The translations under genes were made by a program, and so were the position numbers. DNA of 64,000 nt from Candidatus Saccharimonadia bacterium (GTDB lineage Bacteria; Patescibacteriota; Saccharimonadia; Saccharimonadales; JALRHH01): NCBI GenBank assembly GCA_023253175.1, contig JALRHH010000001.1, positions 300,020 through 364,019 of the forward strand, given 5' to 3'. The notes beneath the pieces are model-generated. The model saw only the letters and a program-made list of their open reading frames with translations, was not told where the DNA came from and did no database searches. Below, piece after piece: positions 57,477 through 64,000 of the stretch; position 1 is the first letter of the stretch; every line of letters starts with the position of its first letter.

Positions 57477-57725
57477 TTAATCAGCGATAATAGGCAGATC
57501 TTCTACTGAAACATTCATAACACTCGTAAATCTATCGAGCTGCTGGAACTTGCAAAATTTAATGGGCTTTCCGTCCGCTGAATAGACGCGGTAATAGTGA
57601 TCAAAATGCCGTGTTTCACCTTTGAATGTTTTAGCACTGGTTGATTCATTAATCCGCATGACGTACCAGCCAGGGGGCTCGTGATCCAGGATACGTTTAA
57701 TCTTTGCGTAGTGGTTAAAGGCCAT
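57477..57725 (-). CDS. hypothetical protein (82 aa)
   Basis: ORF. 11-nt overlap with the upstream hydrolase gene. Confidence 0.4.
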   Translation of the reverse strand: MAFNHYAKIKRILDHEPPGWYVMRINESTSAKTFKGETRHFDHYYRVYSADGKPIKFCKFQQLDRFTSVMNVSVEDLPIIAD

Positions 57726-58311
57726 CGGTCACAACCTCAAGTAATTCAGGAAATGTGTCGCCAATAAAATGATGCTTATCCTCGAAAGTATGTAGTTTCG
57801 CATTTGGTACATCTGCAGCGTACTTTGCAGCCTCCGTGTATGGCACGACTGGATCATCGGTGCTGTGCATGATATGAATTTCGCGTGCTACGCCAGCCAA
57901 ACCTGTTGCACTATCAAGCTTGAAGTTACCTAAGCTTTCATTACTTTCATCATTATAGGGCGCAGCAAGCAGAATAATTTTCGAAAACGGCATAGTGAGA
58001 GTATTCTCAGTCAAATATTTTGCTAGAAATATACCGCCCAAGGAGTGGCCCACAAGTACCGCCGAAGGATCGAGGTAAGGAATTATTTTGGAAAAATATA
58101 TCTTCCACTCCTCGTACTGGGCGTTTTGCTTATTAGGCATCGATGGAATAATAACATCCCAATCTGCCAGCTGCCCGGCGAGCCAATTACGCCAACCAGG
58201 AGCAAAGAGCAGCCGTTCATACGCGAGCTCTTTTGCAATAAGTGCGTTTAGGTAGTCGTCGTAGTTTTCGTATGTATTACCGCCATGAATAAGACAAATC
58301 TGTTGCTTCAT
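57715..58311 (-). CDS. alpha/beta serine hydrolase (YdeN/RBBP9-like)
   Basis: GHSLGG nucleophile elbow, about 198 aa. Start trimmed to ATG 58311 (MKQQICLIHGG). Confidence 0.6.
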   Translation of the reverse strand: MKQQICLIHGGNTYENYDDYLNALIAKELAYERLLFAPGWRNWLAGQLADWDVIIPSMPNKQNAQYEEWKIYFSKIIPYLDPSAVLVGHSLGGIFLAKYLTENTLTMPFSKIILLAAPYNDESNESLGNFKLDSATGLAGVAREIHIMHSTDDPVVPYTEAAKYAADVPNAKLHTFEDKHHFIGDTFPELLEVVTDGL

Positions 58312-58396
58312 AGATTGTATTGTACCAGCAGTTGCAGGTATATATATTATTGCAACTAAATTGCATTTAAGTGTAAGCATTCGATATCTTGTTTAC

Positions 58397-59242
58397 ATGA
58401 AAGAAATTATTTCCCAAGCACAAATAGAAGATGCAATTGATGCGACCGCCAGCTTTGTAAGCCAAGAACGAGACACCGGCATTGATGGCGGCTTTGCGAG
58501 TCAGCAGATCGCCGCAAATATACAATCAAAAGCGCAAATAGCAGAGGAGCTGCTAACCGAGACACCACATCCATCACAAGATGGCTGGTATGCACCGCTG
58601 CACAAACTGAACGTACATCGTAGATACGCAGAAGCAGTCACGAGCCTGCCTGGCTATATTGTGCTCGTACCATCGGCGATTATAGATAGGGAAGCCTCCT
58701 CCTTCTATCCTGCGGTTATCAGCGAAGATAGCCTAACTGCCGGAGCCCTTCGATTGCACGTCCTGAGGCAGCCATATAGGCTTCAGCTATTAGACAGCGC
58801 CAAAACTATTTTATCCGGAGCAGGACAATCCGAAACTACTGGCATAGGCAATCATGGCCGAACGGATAACGACGGAGTCGAGGCCGAGCATTTTACCGCG
58901 CTATTAGCTTCAGCTGCAGACAAAGATATTCAAAGCCAGTGGTCAATTGGTAATCATGTTAATCACGCCTGGAGATCCAATTCCGGATCCTCTGTAACAG
59001 GCAAGATGTACGAGCGTATTTTGTCAGATGAAATAGCGCAGAAAACGATCACCGTCACCAGGCAGTCAATCAGCAAAGGCAAAGCAGCAATTTACTGGCA
59101 TGATTCGCTGCGGGCAGAGGATGGCAGGCCCGAAGGTGCAACGACTGAAAACGCACTGGTTGTTATACAGGCAATCGGTTTTCAGGCACTAAGGGACATG
59201 AGCCCACGATCAATCGATACGATCAAGAGATTACTTGCGTGA
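58397..59242 (+). CDS. hypothetical protein (281 aa)
   Basis: Start trimmed to ATG 58397 (MKEIISQ). Confidence 0.45.
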   Translation: MKEIISQAQIEDAIDATASFVSQERDTGIDGGFASQQIAANIQSKAQIAEELLTETPHPSQDGWYAPLHKLNVHRRYAEAVTSLPGYIVLVPSAIIDREASSFYPAVISEDSLTAGALRLHVLRQPYRLQLLDSAKTILSGAGQSETTGIGNHGRTDNDGVEAEHFTALLASAADKDIQSQWSIGNHVNHAWRSNSGSSVTGKMYERILSDEIAQKTITVTRQSISKGKAAIYWHDSLRAEDGRPEGATTENALVVIQAIGFQALRDMSPRSIDTIKRLLA

Positions 59243-59673
59243 TTGATGCCTCACGCTCGCCAGAATTTGATCCATTTGCGCTTGATATATCGTTTGATAT
59301 TAATGCAGCGTTTCAAGAAGCAGCTGCGAGTGTTCTTTCGGATGAAGCAATCGCGCTAGAAGAAAGAGTAAGCCGCGTTCAGACTATTTTGTCTGAAGCG
59401 AAAAGTGAAGTCTACGAAGCATTTGTCGATTTCAGAATGCTGGCAGCCCAAGTTGAAATGTTTTGCAACCACGATCACGCGTTCAGGGAATCATTCTCGC
59501 AGAATAGTATTGAAGACGCATCCTTTTACCGATTTGATTCGCATAAAGACCATCGTCATGACCACGTAGTTGAGAGCAGAAAAACACAAAAGAGGAAAGA
59601 GAAAGAAGAGTCCAAAAAGAAAAAAGACAGTAAAAAGAAGAAATGTAAAAGCTGGTTTGGATTCTACTACTAG
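59239..59673 (+). CDS. hypothetical protein with a Lys-rich tail (144 aa)
   Basis: GTG start overlapping the upstream stop. Ends in KRKEKEESKKKKDSKKKK. Confidence 0.4.
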   Translation: MIDASRSPEFDPFALDISFDINAAFQEAAASVLSDEAIALEERVSRVQTILSEAKSEVYEAFVDFRMLAAQVEMFCNHDHAFRESFSQNSIEDASFYRFDSHKDHRHDHVVESRKTQKRKEKEESKKKKDSKKKKCKSWFGFYY

Positions 59674-59842
59674 CGCCCACAACAGGTTCAAATAAACCCT
59701 TGTATCACCTGTACTTTTTGGTGTGTTAAGTATTTGACTGTGTGTTTGTAGTACATGATTTACACTTTTCATAGTAAAAACAAACCCAATTCACCTGAAA
59801 GTATAAAATTTATTTACATAAGTCAGACAGGGGCTTTTACTA

Positions 59843-60847
59843 ATGAATCGATTTACCACTGCAAACGTGCAGAGCGGAGCTTTACGCTATAAACATTTAA
59901 CAGTTGGTGATATGCGGCCAGATGCAACTACCAAGCTTTATAAACGCATATTTAAAGGCACAGGCCGAAAATATATTCCGGTTAAAGACGTCACAAATGA
60001 TCAGATGGGGAGGGAACTAAACGCCTATCTCATTAATCCTGAATATATCGATAAGTCTGTGATGTCACCAGAAGTGGTATCGCAAAATCTGGAACCAAAG
60101 CCGGTTGTGAGAGCACTGCAGTATTCAAGGCTGTCCTATGATAACCGCGTAGCAGGCAGCAGGGGTCGGACTATCGATCGGACCGCAGCACTATTTGGCG
60201 CAGCCATGAAGCTAGGGCAAAGCGCCGTGCAAGTAATACGAAAAACCGCCCAAAGAATAACCCAAACGAGTCTCCATTCACCATTTGGCCGGACCTACGC
60301 ACTTGGCCGCGGCATGGGAATGCATAGACGACGCAAATTGTTTGCTAGCACCGGAGCATTCGCGGCGGCAATGACATTTGGGATCATTGGCATATCTACT
60401 ATCGGAGATCACACCGGCACCCAGGGACCAAAGCCCGTAGTGGCACCTGCCAGTAGCAGTGTTGAAGGACCTGTTACGCATTCGGGTATTACAACTACAC
60501 AGCCAATACCTCTTTTTAGTACGCCAATCACGGCATCAGCTTCAAGCGAAGCATCATTGAGTGCCAGCCCAAGTATTCAGACAAGCACGGAACAGCAAGC
60601 CCCTGGACAGCCAATAGCCACTGAGCAAGCCAACGTCCTTACAGCTATACCGAGCCCAACCACCCAACCAATGACGCCTGAAGTCGCAGGAAATGATACA
60701 CCACTCCAGCAACCCCTTGCGGCCGATACCGACACCACACCACCACAAGACAACGTACTTTCTTCAACAGTCGAAACCGTTACTGATGTAACCACTCAGA
60801 CGCTCGATGGAGTCACAGGGCTCGTGGGAGGCCTACTCGGGAATTAG
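59843..60847 (+). CDS. hypothetical membrane-anchored protein with a Ser/Thr/Pro-rich C-terminal region
   Basis: Central TM helix FASTGAFAAAMTFGIIGISTIG followed by a low-complexity S/T/P/Q region. Confidence 0.45.
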   Translation: MNRFTTANVQSGALRYKHLTVGDMRPDATTKLYKRIFKGTGRKYIPVKDVTNDQMGRELNAYLINPEYIDKSVMSPEVVSQNLEPKPVVRALQYSRLSYDNRVAGSRGRTIDRTAALFGAAMKLGQSAVQVIRKTAQRITQTSLHSPFGRTYALGRGMGMHRRRKLFASTGAFAAAMTFGIIGISTIGDHTGTQGPKPVVAPASSSVEGPVTHSGITTTQPIPLFSTPITASASSEASLSASPSIQTSTEQQAPGQPIATEQANVLTAIPSPTTQPMTPEVAGNDTPLQQPLAADTDTTPPQDNVLSSTVETVTDVTTQTLDGVTGLVGGLLGN

Positions 60848-61104
60848 CGCTGTCGGTTATGTGACTGCATAATAAGATTCGCCGTCACTACTACTAAAAG
60901 TAGCGATCCCGCCACTGAAACAATAAGGCTAAAATAATTAAGTCCATCCTGTGATTTACCGGTTAGGCTTTGCATAGCAAGCCCCGCCAACACCGCGCCA
61001 ATGACCCCAGCGCACACACATTGAAGGCGTGATTTATAGCCCATGGTAATTGTGGCTATCCAGGCAGTAATCGCACCAAATAGCATCCACAGTAATATAT
61101 CCAT
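60844..61104 (-). CDS. GlsB/YeaQ/YmgE-family small membrane protein
   Basis: MDILLWMLFGAITAWIATITMG and two further glycine-rich helices. Confidence 0.7.
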   Translation of the reverse strand: MDILLWMLFGAITAWIATITMGYKSRLQCVCAGVIGAVLAGLAMQSLTGKSQDGLNYFSLIVSVAGSLLLVVVTANLIMQSHNRQR

Positions 61105-61386
61105 ACATTAACTCCGCTTTTGTTACTTTTGGTTTGCCTATTGATGAGGCTAGTATCTATTTATACTAGAAACAGGTCTCACACATAATCGAATGCTCGA
61201 ATACAGGAACTATGATACTTGGAAACCAGTCAGTTCACGGTAGCATTGATTACACTCTCTGAGTTAATAATTTTACGGCGCCAGGGCAAGAATTATAGGC
61301 AAATATGCGTGCGGTGAGCTTCAATACTCGATAATAGTTAATATTCTTACAAAATCTTCCCTAGTTTCCGTGTTTACTTTAGACTA

Positions 61387-62055
61387 ATGGATATGACTAT
61401 TGCAGATATCGCAGCCAAATTTCCGGGGACCATTAGGCACTTCAAGGCAAAAGCACCTATCATCTATCAAGGTGAGATCCCGCGCTGCGGCTTCTTTATC
61501 AAAAAGGGCATCGTAAAAGTATATAATCTGCATGCCAATGGCAACGAACAAATCCTACGCTTTTACGGCCCTGGAGAGTTTTTTCCTCTGCCTTGGTTGT
61601 ACGGCAAAGTATCAACTGAATTCTTTTACTATGAGGCAGTAGAGAACTGTGAAGTAGTTTCGATTACCAAACGCGATGTAGAAGAGGTCATTAAAACTGA
61701 CCCCGAACTTGAACGCTATATTATGGACTCTGCGCTCAGCGACCAGACGGCGCTTAATCTACGCATTATTTCGCTGGAGCAGCCAAGGGCCAACGAAAAG
61801 CTTGAATACACGCTGTACTACCTCCTATTCCGTTATGGAAAGCATGTCGGGGACGAGAAGTATGTCATTAATATGAGCCTGACGCACATAACGCTTGCGA
61901 ACCTTGTCGGACTGACCAGGGAAACCATTACCACCGAAATGAACCGACTCCGTAAAAAGGGCATTATTACCTACACCAAGAAAATCTACAAGGTCGACCG
62001 CAAAAAGCTTGAAAAGGCGATTGGCGACGATAACTTTAGCGAACTTATTGGCTAA
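61387..62055 (+). CDS. Crp/Fnr-family transcriptional regulator
   Basis: cNMP-binding-like beta-roll (GEIPRCGFFIKKGIVKVY..GPGEFF) plus a C-terminal HTH (LANLVGLTRETITTEMNRLRKKGII). Confidence 0.8.
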   Translation: MDMTIADIAAKFPGTIRHFKAKAPIIYQGEIPRCGFFIKKGIVKVYNLHANGNEQILRFYGPGEFFPLPWLYGKVSTEFFYYEAVENCEVVSITKRDVEEVIKTDPELERYIMDSALSDQTALNLRIISLEQPRANEKLEYTLYYLLFRYGKHVGDEKYVINMSLTHITLANLVGLTRETITTEMNRLRKKGIITYTKKIYKVDRKKLEKAIGDDNFSELIG

Positions 62056-62117
62056 TTGAGCATTACATAAAAAAACCAGCACTGCGGCGCTGGCTTTCTA
62101 TAACTAACAAAGATTTA

Positions 62118-62516
62118 CTATTTTTCGTTCAATAAATTCTTTATAAGCTGGGTTAGCTCTTTTGGCGAAGCCCAGGCCTTAAGCATATATTTATCGGCCC
62201 CGAGATCGTAAGCCTGGTCGATTTCTTTCTGCATATCAAAGTTACTAAACACCACAATCTTAGGTGCGTTCTTACGCGTCAATGGCTGGTATGCCTCCAG
62301 GAATCCGATTCCGTCGAGTACCGGCATGCGTAAATCAAGTAAAATAGCGTCTACCGAAACTGATTCATCTTCAAGCATCTCAAGGGCGGCCTTACCGTCA
62401 TATGCAGCTAAGACCTTGTACCCTGCGGTAGCTAAAATAACTTGGTATGCTTCATTGAGCATGTGCTCATCTTCTACTATAAGTACGGTCTTTTGTGCTG
62501 TAGTCTTATCAGTCAT
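62118..62516 (-). CDS. single-domain response regulator (CheY-like receiver)
   Basis: VLIVEDE, ILLDLRMPVLDG (phospho-acceptor Asp) and VVFSN..K. Confidence 0.85.
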   Translation of the reverse strand: MTDKTTAQKTVLIVEDEHMLNEAYQVILATAGYKVLAAYDGKAALEMLEDESVSVDAILLDLRMPVLDGIGFLEAYQPLTRKNAPKIVVFSNFDMQKEIDQAYDLGADKYMLKAWASPKELTQLIKNLLNEK

Positions 62517-62578
62517 TGCTGGTCATTATCCTTCGTTGTTTAGCTGAACTCTGTGAATTATATTACACTTTATGCTAT

Positions 62579-64000
62579 TTATTTGGCCGTAGCCGGCAAT
62601 ACGATCGTAAAAGTAGAGCCGTTATCAAGTTCCGATTCGACCTCTACGTGCCCATCATGCATACCTGCAATGTTTCGGACCACGTAGAGACCGATACCAC
62701 TACCACCAACTGCGATGCTCAGGTCATTATCAATCCGTTCAAACTGTTCGAATAGACGGTCCTGCTGGCTCTTATCAATACCGATACCATTGTCTTTGAC
62801 CGATATACGAATTTCGTCTTTAGTATAGCTTAGCTGAATTGTGATCTTACCATTGTCCCTGGTGTATTTGATTGCATTCGTAATGAGGTTTTCTATGGCC
62901 ATTCGAACCATATGAGCATCGCCGTAGAACTCTTTCTTGCGCTTGGGTACCTTCACGGTGATTTTATGGTGCCGAGCCGTAGCTTCGTTATCGAGCTCAC
63001 GCACAATGTCCTGAAGCAGATCACGAATAAGAAATGTAGACTTTGAAAGAATAATTCTACCGGAGCCCAATCGTGCCATGTACAGCACATCGTTAATCGT
63101 CTTGAGCTGGCGCTCGTTACTGGCATATGCTTTTTCAATAAGCTGACGTTGGTGCGGGTCGACGTCGCCGGCAAAACCTTGCAAAATCATACCTAGGTAC
63201 TGCTTTACCCCTGTTGCGGGCGTTCGTAACTGGTGGGAGGCAAGTGACAACAGATTATCCTTGGCCTCATTAATGCCACGTTCTTGCTCTAGGAGGAGTT
63301 CATTGGCCTTGCCCCGGAGAATGAGCCAAACAGCACCTGATATAAGTATTGCTGCGACCAATCCAAAGATAAGAATCGCAAGTGGCTGCGAATCACCGCT
63401 TGAGAACAAACCTGCGCTCTGCCTGACCACTGTGAACCTGAGCGTATTGTTGCCAACATTGAGATCAGTTGTTTTTGAGATATGACCACCGGATATAATT
63501 TGATCATAGTTTTTGGCTTTATAGAATTCTTGATCTTCTCCACCAATACTCACCTTAAATGCTGCACGGCCATTATCATCTCCATCCGCAGGCAAGACGC
63601 TTTCCATAAACCGAGAGATTCTAAATCCAGCGTAGAGATACCCTTCAATAGCAGCCTGGCGCTCCTCGGTGGTACTAATTGGCATGCCGGTCTTATACTG
63701 CGGAGCATACATCACGAACGCACGACCCTCTGGAGTGGTATCAAACAACGACTGGACTACTTCTGTGACGGTAACTTTGCCGCTGTCGCGAGCCCTTATA
63801 AGGGCCTTTTGGCGCACTGACTCAGAATATGCATCAAATCCTACAATTTTCTTATTACTATCTGATTGAGGTTCGATGAATACAACCGGTGCGTATACAT
63901 CACGGCTACCCTCTGGATATACCGTGAAAGTAGGATTTAGAGTGGTGCGTAGCGAATCCTGGAACGTACCCAATTGGTCGCGCGGGACGACTTTTGCATA
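62579..64000 (-). CDS. sensor histidine kinase with a CHASE-like extracytoplasmic domain (N-terminus runs off the window)
   Basis: H-box SHQLRTPATG, N box ENLITNAIKY, DNGIGI and GGSGIGL. The frame stays open from 63973 to the window edge, and the track start at 63973 is a TTG. Confidence 0.8.
   Translation of the reverse strand, partial: YAKVVPRDQLGTFQDSLRTTLNPTFTVYPEGSRDVYAPVVFIEPQSDSNKKIVGFDAYSESVRQKALIRARDSGKVTVTEVVQSLFDTTPEGRAFVMYAPQYKTGMPISTTEERQAAIEGYLYAGFRISRFMESVLPADGDDNGRAAFKVSIGGEDQEFYKAKNYDQIISGGHISKTTDLNVGNNTLRFTVVRQSAGLFSSGDSQPLAILIFGLVAAILISGAVWLILRGKANELLLEQERGINEAKDNLLSLASHQLRTPATGVKQYLGMILQGFAGDVDPHQRQLIEKAYASNERQLKTINDVLYMARLGSGRIILSKSTFLIRDLLQDIVRELDNEATARHHKITVKVPKRKKEFYGDAHMVRMAIENLITNAIKYTRDNGKITIQLSYTKDEIRISVKDNGIGIDKSQQDRLFEQFERIDNDLSIAVGGSGIGLYVVRNIAGMHDGHVEVESELDNGSTFTIVLPATAK

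Overview
Gene-dense bacterial chromosome segment of low to mid GC. The many small lineage-specific proteins and the giant surface protein would fit a reduced-genome CPR/Saccharibacteria-like organism, but that is inference and I cannot verify the taxon. Layout: (1) 1-22.9 kb is mostly housekeeping: a UvrD-type helicase-nuclease, a complete F1Fo ATP synthase operon (atpB-E-F-H-A-G-D-C, minus strand), a VKOR/glutaredoxin pair, a CobO-like adenosyltransferase, a GT2 with two glycosidase-like paralogs, smpB, and a HAD-PRTase-PRTase operon. The ATP synthase operon is unusual because four small, translationally coupled ORFs sit between the F1 genes. (2) 22.97-30.3 kb is a strikingly GC-rich Ter stress island (TerC/DUF475, TerD, vWA, a TerD-like protein, TelA, plus unknowns). 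Its intergenic regions are AT-rich like the host. (3) tRNA-Asn(GTT) lies at 30995-31069. It is followed by the most unusual structure in the window: a 7.9-kb array of about 14 co-oriented cassettes (12 single genes and 2 non-coding units). The cassettes are separated by about 60-85 bp repeats that begin with a decayed copy of the tRNA-Asn 3' end and continue into a bipartite hairpin whose stems covary. Several repeats supply the TAG stop codon of the upstream gene, a terminator-like T-tract, and a TTGCAA -35-like box for the next gene. No integrase or transposase is visible in the window. (4) 38.9-64 kb holds accessory and housekeeping genes: a 1606-aa surface protein, an AT-rich three-gene module next to an RHH-YfbU gene, a CsoR copper operon with its operator, a Crp/Fnr regulator, and a two-component system that is truncated at the window edge. 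All family assignments rest on motifs read by eye in the supplied translations. No database search was run.
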